From assembly GCA_035565115.1 (NCBI GenBank), contig DATMTC010000087.1:1-56468 (forward strand): a DNA stretch of 56,468 nucleotides. Direction: 5' to 3'. The position numbers and the translations under genes are program-made. Under the pieces are notes generated by a model. That model had not been told where the DNA came from. It was given only the letters and a program-made list of their open reading frames with translations, and ran no database searches. This document shows, piece after piece, positions 41,394 to 50,900 of the stretch (position 1 is the stretch's first letter; each line of letters opens with the position of its first letter). The stretch comes from Microbacteriaceae bacterium. GTDB taxonomy: Bacteria; Actinomycetota; Actinomycetes; Actinomycetales; Microbacteriaceae.

Positions 41394-41518
41394 AATTCTC
41401 CTGTGTTTCGTAAAGTGTTTTTGAACTGACTGCCGTGGGCGTGGGGGCACACGCGGCAGGAGGTCTAATGGGGTCCACGTCCGGTTGGATTAGAGGGTCG
41501 AACCGAACAGAACTCGAC
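41394..41518 (-). promoter_or_regulatory. Structured rpsP leader (hairpin plus possible pseudoknot)
   Basis: CAGAAT -10 at 41524-41529. Stem guucgguu/aaccggac; loop ucuaau can pair with downstream auuaga. Second hairpin cugccg/cggcag. Confidence 0.45.
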
Positions 41519-41605
41519 GAGCTATTCTGTCATGGATCCGCGGGTTCCTGCTAATCGCCCATGGTCTTCTCGAAGTCGGCACCGCGGAAGTGACTATCCA
41601 TATCC

Positions 41606-41696
41606 GGTAACTCAGGCAAAACGTGACATGCACCATCTTCGGCCCGCATGACCACGCGGATGTCTGATCCGCGGCGGCCGATTTTCCTGAGTTACC
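41606..41696. repeat. 91-bp inverted-repeat-bounded element (MITE/REP-like)
   Basis: ggtaactcagg(c)aaaa ... ttttcctgagttacc terminal inverted repeats; internal cgcggat/atccgcg hairpin. Confidence 0.55.
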
Positions 41697-41727
41697 CGCA
41701 GGCGCTGGCCCGGAACTGCTAACCGCC

Positions 41728-42390
41728 TCACGGGTAGCTCTTCAGTCCTGTTGCAAGCAACTCGAAAGCGTCGTCGCACTCCAGCAGACACAGCTTCGTC
41801 GCTCTGACCCCGTCCATGCCACCAAGCTGACGCGACTCGTTGACCAGAACAAGCGTCTGAACGACCGCCAGTATCTGCGCAACGACAGTGCGCACTCGTA
41901 CGGCATCCCGAGTGGGCGATTCGTTCGGAATCGACGCTCTTGGGACATCGGCCGCGTGCGAGACCGCGTCGATCAGGCTGCTTTCAAGCGCACGCCACTG
42001 GCGAGCGTATCCTGCCATGAGCGTTGGGCTGTCTCGAATCATTTTCGTGAATTTTTCGGCGCCCTCATGCAGTCCGGTCCATTCGGCCCTTCGCTCGAAT
42101 TCCGATCGGACGAAGTGGTGCACGGCATCCACGACGGAGCCGCGAGCAGGCAGCGCAGCGACCGCGCCAGCGAAATCCGGCAACGTTCCGTGCGTGAAGG
42201 CGAAGAACATGTCTTCTTTTGCCGGAAAGTAGTTGAAAACGGTCATCTTCGACACGCCGGCAGCACTGGCGATCTCGGCGATCGAGACTCGCTCGAATCC
42301 ACGCTCGACGAACAGCGCCAGCGCCGCGCGTGCGATCGCCGTGCGCGTTTGTTCCTTTTTCGATTCGCGCAGGCCCTGACTCGTGTTCAC
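41728..42390 (-). CDS. TetR family transcriptional regulator
   Basis: GLRESKKEQTR..IARAALALF.ERGF..VSIAEIA..AGVSKMTVFNYFPAKEDM helix-turn-helix. Confidence 0.95.
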   Translation of the reverse strand: MNTSQGLRESKKEQTRTAIARAALALFVERGFERVSIAEIASAAGVSKMTVFNYFPAKEDMFFAFTHGTLPDFAGAVAALPARGSVVDAVHHFVRSEFERRAEWTGLHEGAEKFTKMIRDSPTLMAGYARQWRALESSLIDAVSHAADVPRASIPNESPTRDAVRVRTVVAQILAVVQTLVLVNESRQLGGMDGVRATKLCLLECDDAFELLATGLKSYP

Positions 42391-42469
42391 TGTCCCAGGC
42401 TAGCAAGAAAGTTATGCCGCTCCCATATTTTTACTTGACCTATTTTTATGTTGATCATATATTGACGGG
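42391..42469. promoter_or_regulatory. Divergent tetR/MFS promoter-operator
   Basis: AT-rich. TTGACC(42435)-n17-TATATT(42458), 6 nt before the MFS GTG. TAGCCT lies 6 nt before the tetR GTG. Repeated tatttttaY and tatg..cata motifs. Confidence 0.7.
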
Positions 42470-43903
42470 GTGATGACACGACCGAACATCAGCATGACCA
42501 AGACTCAGGGAACCTGGGTGCTAGTGGCAGCCCTTGCCACACTGCTCGTCAGCATCCTCGACACCAATATCGTGACGTCCGTCGCGGTTCCGATCGCGCA
42601 ATCGCTGCAGCCGGATGATGGCGCGGCGGCGGTGCCATGGCTTCTTGCCGTGTATGCGCTGGCCGGCACTGTCGTGCAGCCGATCTACGGAAAACTCGCC
42701 GACACGATCGGCGTGCGCGCGGTCTTTCTCACCGCCGTCGGAGTGTTCGTTGCCGGTTCTGTGCTCTGCGGATTCGCGACCACAATGCCCGAGCTGATTG
42801 TGTTCCGCGGAATCCAGGGACTCGGCGGCGGCGGTCTGATGAGTGTGACAATGGTCGTCATCGGCCATCTCAGAGCCGAAGCTGAGTCACACGGTGAGCA
42901 GCAATCGAACAGCGGCAACGCCGTCGCAGCAGTTTTGGTGGGCGCGGGCCTCGTTGCCGGGCCGTTGGTCGGCGGCTTCATCGAACATCTGCTCGGGTGG
43001 CGTTGGATCTTCCTCATCAATGTGCCCCTCGGCCTGACCGCTCTCGTCATCATGGCCGTGGCACTCAAACTCCCGTTGGGGGCGGATCGCGGCACGATCG
43101 ATCCGGTCAGCGCGCTGTGCCTTGGAGTTGGCGCGGCAAGTCTGCTCGTCGTGTGCCAATGGGGCGGACGCCAGTTCGCGTGGACATCCTGGCAGATTAG
43201 CGCTGCGGCGATCGTCTGCATCGGCTCGATCTCCCTGTTCGCTTGGCGGCAGAAGACCGGGAGGAATCCGTTCTTCCCGCCTCGGCTGCTGTCGGAGCCG
43301 ACCCTGCGCATCGTCACATTTCTGCAACTGGCAAGCGGACTCGGCATGGCGGCCGGGATCGTCTACCTGACTCTCGATCTGCAGCTCGTGCACGGCCTCT
43401 CACCGGTTCAAACCGGTGTTCAGTTGATGCCGATCGCCGTCGGTCTCGGCATTGGCGCATGGCTCGGCACGCTCGTCACGCGCAAGGCACGCTCCTTGCG
43501 CGGTTCGATCGCACTCGGAGCGGCAGGCACGGCAGCGGCGCTTGGCGGATTCGCAGCCTGCGGAGCCGACACGCCGCTGATCGTTGTCTCGGCGATCATG
43601 GTCGTGTTCGGTGCGGGGCTTGGACTCGGCCTCGGGAACGAACTGCTCGTGATCTTCGCCGTCGTCGACCGGCGTGATCTGGGAGTCGCGACAACCGGCA
43701 TCCGGTTCGTCGAAACGCTGGGAACCTCACTGGGCGCGACCGCATTCGCGACGCTGTTCGCCGCTATCGCCACTGCTAGTTCGGATGCGGCGACGCAGGC
43801 GGGCGCGATCGAGATCATCTTCCTGATCGGGATGGTATTCATGGCCGCAGCGAGCGGGATCGCGTTACGCCTGCCGCACCCTGCATCACACCAGCCGGAG
43901 TGA
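42470..43903 (+). CDS. DHA2-type (EmrB/QacA-like) MFS efflux transporter
   Basis: LDTNIV, YGKLADTIG, FRGIQGLGGGGL, GPLVGG, GWRWIFLINVPLG. Confidence 0.9.
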   Translation: MMTRPNISMTKTQGTWVLVAALATLLVSILDTNIVTSVAVPIAQSLQPDDGAAAVPWLLAVYALAGTVVQPIYGKLADTIGVRAVFLTAVGVFVAGSVLCGFATTMPELIVFRGIQGLGGGGLMSVTMVVIGHLRAEAESHGEQQSNSGNAVAAVLVGAGLVAGPLVGGFIEHLLGWRWIFLINVPLGLTALVIMAVALKLPLGADRGTIDPVSALCLGVGAASLLVVCQWGGRQFAWTSWQISAAAIVCIGSISLFAWRQKTGRNPFFPPRLLSEPTLRIVTFLQLASGLGMAAGIVYLTLDLQLVHGLSPVQTGVQLMPIAVGLGIGAWLGTLVTRKARSLRGSIALGAAGTAAALGGFAACGADTPLIVVSAIMVVFGAGLGLGLGNELLVIFAVVDRRDLGVATTGIRFVETLGTSLGATAFATLFAAIATASSDAATQAGAIEIIFLIGMVFMAAASGIALRLPHPASHQPE

Positions 43904-45934
43904 CAGGCCGCGTGCTGCCTGAAGTCCCTGCGTCGTTGCCCGCACCGCGTCAACACCGCGGGCGTCGCGCGCGCCACCGACCAGCTCAAACGGTATGCCG
44001 GCACCGTCCAGCGCATACGCGAGCGGATCGTGTGCTTCCTGCCCAGCGCACACGATCACGTTCGCGGCTGGAATGAGCTCGATGCGACCATCGGCAAACT
44101 CGACTTCGACACCGCTCGGGGTGATCGCGCGGTAAGTCAGCTCTGACAGCATGCGAACGCCGGCTTCCCGAAGCGCGCCGATCGCCACCCAGCGCGAGGT
44201 GATGCCGATCCCTTGGCCGATGCGCCCCTGCCTGCGCAGGATCGTCACATCGCTGCCACGGCGTGGCGTGACCCGCGCGGCACTGCCACCGGTGCGCTCG
44301 TCCAGCAGCGCGGTCGAGCGCGTGAGGTCGAATCGCGACCCGAAGGCCGCTGCCCGCTCGCGCGGATCATGCGACTCGACAAGGTATGCAGCAACATCGA
44401 CACCGATGCCGCCACCGCCGATGATGGCCACGGTTCCTGCAGGCACCCCAGCGGTGATGGCCTGCTCATAGCTGAGCACGTGAGGAAGGTCAGCGCCGGG
44501 AATGTCGACATCCCGGGGCACGACACCGGTTGCCAGGATCACCCCGTCGAAGCCGCTGACAGTCTCGAGCGTCGCTGTGACACCCGTGCGGATGTCGGCG
44601 CCAAGCAGCCGCAAACGTTGCAGAGCGGATGCGGGCGTCCGTGCGTAGTCTTCCTTGCCCGGGATGCGAGAGGCAAGCGAGAACTGGCCTCCGAGCCAGT
44701 CTGCTGCCTCGAAGACGGTGACATTCTGGCCACGCTCAGCCAAATCGAGTGCCGCGGCGAGCCCTGCGGGTCCGGCCCCGACGACCGCGATACGCCTAGC
44801 ACCCGCGTCACGGCCCAGAGGGAACTCGCTCTCGCGTCCCGCGCGCGGATTCACCAGGCACGAGACGGGTTCGAACACCAAAGAGCGGTCGATGCATGCC
44901 TGGTCGCAGCCGATGCAGGTGTTCACCAGGCCGAAGTCGCCCGCGAAACTCCGTTGAATGATTCTCGGATCGGCCAGGAACGGCCTCGCGAGCGCAATCG
45001 CATCCACTCCCCCGCGTTCGAGTGCTTTCTCGGCTTCGCGCAGATCGGTGATGCGATTGCTAGCGATCACGGGAACGCGTCCCGAGACGGCCGCCCTGAT
45101 GCGCTCGGCGTAGCCGAGCCATGCGCCGTGCGGAACGGATGCTTGCACGGTCGGCACCGTCGACTCGTGCCAGCCCATGCCGATGCTCAACGCATCGGCG
45201 CCCGCAGCCACGAGCGCAATCGCGAGTGCATCGACCTCGTCTGCAGTCGACGAGCCCGGCATCAGGTCGTCCCCCGACATCCGAACCAGCACAGGCACGG
45301 ACTCCGGGATGGCCTCACGCACCGCACCGACGACGGCCACGGCGAACCGCCGGCGGCGTTCGGCATCGCCTCCCCACTCGTCGTCGCGCAGATTCGTCAG
45401 CGGCGAGCAGAACTGGTTGATCAGATAGCCCTCGGACGCCATGATCTCGACCGCGTCGAATCCGGCCGAGGTCGCGGCGGCGGCAGCGGCCGCGAAATCG
45501 GCGATCGTTGCCTGAATTTCGGCCTCGGTCAGCTCCCGAGGCACAGCGCCACGCGCCGCGCGCCATGGCACCGGAGATGGCGCGACGCTTTCACCGTTGA
45601 TGATCGCGTATCGGCCCGCGTGGAACAGCTGAGCCGCGATGCGACCACCGGCGTTATGCACGGCAGCAACGGCGACCGAGAACCGTTCGTGCGCATCCGG
45701 TGCACCGAGCACGGCATAGTCCGGCCCGCCACGGCCAACGGAATTGACGGCGAGTCCGCCCGTGATGATCAGTGCTGCTCCGCCTTCGACACGCTCGCGA
45801 TAGAACTCAGCGAGCGCCTTCCCGCCGTCTTCACGCGTCTCCAAGCCCGTGTGCATGCTGCCCATGACGATGCGATGCGGCAGTGGCAGGTGCCCGATCG
45901 ACCACGGCGTTTGCACGCGCGGCAGCAGCTCCAT
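43886..45934 (-). CDS. 2,4-dienoyl-CoA reductase-like flavoprotein (FadH fold; AnsM/PlmM-like)
   Basis: MGSMHTGLE, GFDAVEIMASEGYLINQF, ARPFLADP, CIGCDQACID...C 4Fe-4S motif, VGAGPAG. Last gene of the CHC-like operon. Confidence 0.9.
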   Translation of the reverse strand: MELLPRVQTPWSIGHLPLPHRIVMGSMHTGLETREDGGKALAEFYRERVEGGAALIITGGLAVNSVGRGGPDYAVLGAPDAHERFSVAVAAVHNAGGRIAAQLFHAGRYAIINGESVAPSPVPWRAARGAVPRELTEAEIQATIADFAAAAAAATSAGFDAVEIMASEGYLINQFCSPLTNLRDDEWGGDAERRRRFAVAVVGAVREAIPESVPVLVRMSGDDLMPGSSTADEVDALAIALVAAGADALSIGMGWHESTVPTVQASVPHGAWLGYAERIRAAVSGRVPVIASNRITDLREAEKALERGGVDAIALARPFLADPRIIQRSFAGDFGLVNTCIGCDQACIDRSLVFEPVSCLVNPRAGRESEFPLGRDAGARRIAVVGAGPAGLAAALDLAERGQNVTVFEAADWLGGQFSLASRIPGKEDYARTPASALQRLRLLGADIRTGVTATLETVSGFDGVILATGVVPRDVDIPGADLPHVLSYEQAITAGVPAGTVAIIGGGGIGVDVAAYLVESHDPRERAAAFGSRFDLTRSTALLDERTGGSAARVTPRRGSDVTILRRQGRIGQGIGITSRWVAIGALREAGVRMLSELTYRAITPSGVEVEFADGRIELIPAANVIVCAGQEAHDPLAYALDGAGIPFELVGGARDARGVDAVRATTQGLQAARGLSLRLV

Positions 45935-45942
45935 TCCGGCGC

Positions 45943-46782
45943 CTAACCGTCCTGCTGGTCGCCAGGTTCGCTCTGCTCGCCATACACGGCCGCGTGCAGG
46001 TCGCCCGTGGTGTCAGCCCAGAACGGCGGGGCCACGATGGTGAGTCCGCCGTCGACCGACAGCACCTGGCCTGTGATGTATCCAGCAGACGGCGAGAGCA
46101 GGAACTCGATGGCAGATGCCATGTCGTCTGCCGTGCCTGGGCGGCCAAGCGGCAGCTTCTCGATCACCGACTGCATGGGCGGGATGCCTGGTACCCGCTC
46201 GTAAAAGTACTCGAGCGAGTCAGTGTCGATCAGTCCGCCGTTGACGGCGTTCACCGTGATGTTCCTCGGGCCGAACTCGGTGGCCATGTACTTCATGTAC
46301 GACTCGCTCGCCGCTTTCGCGGCGCCGAGCGACGCGTATGTCGGGAACGCCCGAAGCGAACCATAGCTGGTGACGACGACGATGCGCCCACCGTTGTTCA
46401 TCAGGTCTGCTGCGCGCTGTGCGCCCAGCACGAATGAGCGCACGTTCATCGCCCAGCTGCGGTCGAGGTGGTGGAGTTTCAGCTGCGCAACCGGCTTGAA
46501 CGCGCTGGCCGCGGCATTCGCGACGAAGTAGTCCAGCTTGCCGTATCGCTCCTTCACCGTCGCGAACAGCGCGTCGATGTCATCCGGCTCCTCGATGTTC
46601 GCCTGCACGACGATGCCGTCGCCGCCTGCAGCGCGAACCTCTTCAAGCGCTTGCTCGGCGAGATGCTGATTCGTCTTGTAGTTGATCACCACGTTGGTGC
46701 CGCGCGCGGCGAGCTTGGACGCCAGCAGACGTCCGATGCCACGTGAGCTACCGGTGATGAGTGCGACGGGTGTTTCTGCCAT
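45943..46782 (-). CDS. chcA: 1-cyclohexenylcarbonyl-CoA reductase (SDR)
   Basis: SDR TGSSRGIG. Segments NAAASAFK, HHLDRS.AMN.R.FVLGAQ, SYGS.RA.PTYA.LG..KAA, VNAVNGGLID.DSLE.FY and DGGL.IVAPPF.AD match my recollection of Streptomyces collinus ChcA; operon context agrees. Confidence 0.85.
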   Translation of the reverse strand: MAETPVALITGSSRGIGRLLASKLAARGTNVVINYKTNQHLAEQALEEVRAAGGDGIVVQANIEEPDDIDALFATVKERYGKLDYFVANAAASAFKPVAQLKLHHLDRSWAMNVRSFVLGAQRAADLMNNGGRIVVVTSYGSLRAFPTYASLGAAKAASESYMKYMATEFGPRNITVNAVNGGLIDTDSLEYFYERVPGIPPMQSVIEKLPLGRPGTADDMASAIEFLLSPSAGYITGQVLSVDGGLTIVAPPFWADTTGDLHAAVYGEQSEPGDQQDG

Positions 46783-46809
46783 GGAAGTCGTTCTCCTCGT
46801 GAGTGCCAG

Positions 46810-47958
46810 CTAGTTATTGACGGCGCCGGTCAAGACGGCCCGTGCAACGATGAGTTTCTGAATCTCATTCGTTCCCTCTTCGAAGCGTTGGGCACGCGCG
46901 TCGCGGTACACCCGCTCGATCGGGTTGCGCTTCCAGTACCCGGATCCGCCGTGAATCTGCAGCGCCTTGTCTGTGACGCGCGTGAGCATGTCGACGGCGA
47001 CCATCTTGGACGCGCTCGAGAGCACGCCTGCATCCGGCGCATCCTCTTCGTATGCCCGGGCGGCCTGCAGCACGAGGGCCTTGGCTGCTGCGATGTCCGC
47101 ATAGTTCTCTGCGAGGTAGAACTGGATAGCCTGACGGGAGCTGAGCGTCTTGCCGAACGTTTCGCGGCGGTTGGCGTATTCGACCGCAAGTTCCTGCGCG
47201 CGCTCCGCAAGCCCGACGCAACTCATCGCGACGGAGACCCGGCTTGGCAGCAGGAAGCCGCCGAGCGCCACCTCGAGTCCCTGGCCTTCTTCCCCCAGCC
47301 GAGCCGAGACGGGAACCGGCGTGTTGTCGAAGCGCAGGATGGCGTGATCCGTGCCACGCACCCCCATCGTCTGCGAGTCGTCAATTACCTCGGCACCCGG
47401 CAGCCCCGTATTCGGCACCAGCAGTGCAACGGTGCCATCCTGACCTGTTGAGCCTTCCAGGCGCGCAGCGAGCAGCCAATAGTCGCACTTCACACCGAAT
47501 GTGATCAGGTGCTTCTCTCCGCTGAGGTAGTAGGTGTCGCCGTCGCGGCGCACGGTGCTTCTGATGTCTGCGCCCGTGCCCGCGGTCGCCTCGGTGAGGG
47601 TGAAGGCGACGAGCACGTCTCCTGCGATCGACGGCTTGACGACCTGGGCGATCTGCTCGTCGGTTGCGAACGGGGCCATGGCCCGCCAGGTGCCGTTGAT
47701 GACGTGCACGAGCATGCGGATCGACGCGTGCGAGCGCGAGATGATCTCCATCAGCTCGAGGTAGCGGCTGAACGGAATGCCTCTCCCGCCCAGCTCGACC
47801 GGCGCCGCCAGTGACAGATAGCCGCGCTCCTTGAGCTCAGCGAACAGTTCAGGCGGCACCTCGCCTGAGTCTTCGATTTGGTTCGCGAACTCTTCACCGC
47901 GGGTGCGAACCCACTGGTCGATCTCGGTCTTCAACGCCTCGAACTGCTCGTCGCTCAT
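46810..47958 (-). CDS. Acyl-CoA dehydrogenase family protein (AnsL/PlmL-like)
   Basis: FTLTEATAGTG, GEKHLITFG, RETFGK, ALQIHGGSGY, RDAR..RFEEGTNEIQ. ATG 47958 overlaps the upstream TGA. Confidence 0.9.
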   Translation of the reverse strand: MSDEQFEALKTEIDQWVRTRGEEFANQIEDSGEVPPELFAELKERGYLSLAAPVELGGRGIPFSRYLELMEIISRSHASIRMLVHVINGTWRAMAPFATDEQIAQVVKPSIAGDVLVAFTLTEATAGTGADIRSTVRRDGDTYYLSGEKHLITFGVKCDYWLLAARLEGSTGQDGTVALLVPNTGLPGAEVIDDSQTMGVRGTDHAILRFDNTPVPVSARLGEEGQGLEVALGGFLLPSRVSVAMSCVGLAERAQELAVEYANRRETFGKTLSSRQAIQFYLAENYADIAAAKALVLQAARAYEEDAPDAGVLSSASKMVAVDMLTRVTDKALQIHGGSGYWKRNPIERVYRDARAQRFEEGTNEIQKLIVARAVLTGAVNN

Positions 47959-50900
47959 CTGGTCTCCTTCTGCGAAGCGACGAGCGTCGCTGCACGCTCT
48001 CGCAATATGTTCTTCTGAATCTTGCCGATCGGGTTGCGCGGAAGCGCATCGATGAACTCGAGGCGTTCCGGCCAGTAATACTTGGAAACGCCTGCTCGTG
48101 CAAGGTAATCCTGCATCTGCGCGAACCCGAGACGCGAATCCGACTGCGCAGCGACCACGAACGCACACGCGCGCTCCCCGAGCCGCTCGTCAGGCATGCC
48201 GACGATGGCCACGTCAGTGACAAGCGGATGCTGGTACAGCAGGTTCTCGATCTCGACGACAGGGATCTTCTCGCCACCGCGGTTGATCACGTCTTTCACA
48301 CGACCTGTGATGTGCAGAAAACCGGCCTCGTCTGTGACCGCGAGGTCGCCTGTTCGGTACCAGCCGTCCGGGGTGAACACATCTGCGGTCAAGTCTGGGC
48401 GTTCCAGGTACCCACCGAACACGGTCGGCGAGTGCAGCTCGTAGTTGCCCTCTGTTCCCGGCGGAACTTCGTTGCCGTTGTCATCGACGATGCGGATGCG
48501 GATGCCGGGCAGCGGACGCCCGTCTGTCCCCCACGCATCCTCGGGCCGGTCGCCTGGGGCAGAAAGCGTTCCGAGGCAGGTCTCTGTTGTGCCGAACGCT
48601 CCGAGAACCGCTGCGCCAAGCACACTCGTCGCCTTTTGGGCAAGCGTGCGAGGCACGGCAGCACCTGTCGCCACGAAGATCCGCAGCGATTCAGGGGCGG
48701 CAGACCCGTTTTCGACGAGTGCGACCAGGTCGGTCAAGAACGGCGTTGCTGCCTGCACGAATGTGGCTTTCGCCTCGCCGAACGCTTGGGTCAGCGACAG
48801 CTGAGCATCCCACACCGGCTGGATGATGAGCGCGACCTTGAGCCGCCATGCGAGCAGCATGCCGTACAAAAACCCGGTCTGATGGGCTAACGGAGACGGT
48901 GCGTAGATGCGGTCGTCGCCGCCGAGCGACAAATGCTGCACCTCCATGGCAGTGGCCAGTCCCAGGCTGCGGTATGTCTGCTGAACGCCCTTCGGTTCAC
49001 CGGTCGTCCCCGACGTGAACAGCAGCTGGCAGTAGTCATCCGGCCGTGGCGACCTGGATGCGATCAGCGACGGGTCGACGGTGACAGATGCCAGGGCGGT
49101 GTCGTAGTAGTGCCACGACCATTCGCTCGCGCGTGCTGCGTCGATCGCCCAGTCGGGTATCGGTGCGACCTCGACCGTGCCGTCGGTTCCATGCCGGCTG
49201 TTCTCCCTGAGCACGATCACGTGCTCGAGGTCGAGCCTGCGCTTCTGTGACTTCGCCTCGTCGATCACCTCGAGCAGTTCGACCATCGGGTACCGCTTGC
49301 GGAAATAGTCAGGCAAGAACAGCACGCGCGCATGCGAACGGGCAAGAACCATCGTGGTTTCGCGCGGGCCGAAAACCGGCATGATCGGCGTCACGACGGC
49401 GCCGATCTGCATGGCTCCGAGGGCGATGGAGACGAATTCGCTCCAGTTCGGCAGCTGAACGGCGACAGCTTCGCCTCGCTCTACGCCGAGTTCGAGCAGC
49501 AGGGCAGACACGCGGTCTGCCTCCGCCTTGACTTCTGCCCAGCTCTGGCTGACCGGATGCGAGTTGCCAACCTCGATCACGGCGGGCTCGTCAGGCGTCG
49601 CAGCTGCAGCATCCGCAACCGCCTCGCTTAGAACGAGAGGTTCGGCCGCGGCGCCAAGCTGAGCCTCGACGTCACGAGCGTCAAGCTCGCCGTTCGCCGC
49701 CTCGGCTTCTTCCTCGCCGAGCGGCTCGCCGATAGCCATGTCGAGACCGACCGAGTTCATGGCCTCGAGGAACGTCGGGTATGAGATGCGGTATGCCCGC
49801 GGATAGGTCAACGATGATGTGCCGTCTGCACGTGTTGCGGCCACCGCGAGCGACATGAGCACCCGATGATCGTTGAACGACGACATTGCGGCACCGTCGA
49901 GCGAGTCGACGCCCGTGATGCGCAGTTCGTCGGTGGACTGCTCGACCTTTCCACCCATGCGGTTCAGCTGCAGCATGGCCGCGACCCGGTCTGACTCTTT
50001 CAGCCTGATGTGTCCGACGTTGTGCAGCCGGCTTGTTCCATCGGCGAACGTCGCCATTGCCGACAGGATCGGCAGCAGATCTGGGATCGGCTTGCAGTCG
50101 ATGTCGATCGCCTTTAACCGGATGCCGTCGTGCCGGATGCGCACGAACCCTGTTGCCGGATCGGTTTCCATCGGAACGCCCATCTCCGCTGCCAGATCCA
50201 GGAACTCCGCCTCTGGGTGATCGGTGTCTGCCGCCCGCGTCGCGGTCATTCCGCGCAGCAGCACGTCTGAGGGATGCAGCGCTGCAGCGGCGACCCCGAA
50301 TGCGGCAGAGCCGATGTCGGGCGGAATCGTGTAGTCGGCGGGCGTCGCGGTCTGGTTGCCGCGGATGGTGTAAGTCAGCCAGTCATCCGAATGCTCGACA
50401 ATCAGGCCGAAGTGCCGCATCATTCGAATCGTCAGATCGACGTACGGCTGCTCGTTGAGCTTGCCGCCGGTGATGTGGATGGTTGTGTCTCCCGTCGCGA
50501 AAGGGGCGACGAGCAGCAACCCGCTCAGCCACTGGGACAGCGTGCCTGCAATGCTGACCTCACCGCCTGTCGGACGGATCGGCTGCACCGTGATCGGCGG
50601 GCAGTCGTTCGTGCTCGTCAGCGAGATGCCCATCTGCTGAAGGGAATCGAGAAGCGCCTTGATGGGGCGGCGACGGAAGTATTTCATCCCGGTGAGCGTG
50701 ATCGGCTTGTCTGCGAGCGCCGCGAGCCCTGTCATGAAGTACAGCGTTGTGCCTGACGACCCAACGTTGAGCACGCCGTCTGGTCCGCTCGAGCCGCGTT
50801 CGACGGTTTCCGAGGCCGCGTAGCGCCCACCTGTGACGATGTACGCGCCGTTCTCGATGCGGATGTCCGTTCCGAGCGCCCTGAGCACGCTGGTTGTCCA

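Noticed and set aside
43886-47958. Beta-oxidation or cyclohexanecarboxylate degradation operon
   Set aside because: There is no hydratase or thiolase. The ChcA-like reductase and AroA-like fusion favour biosynthesis, although this is not formally excluded without assays.
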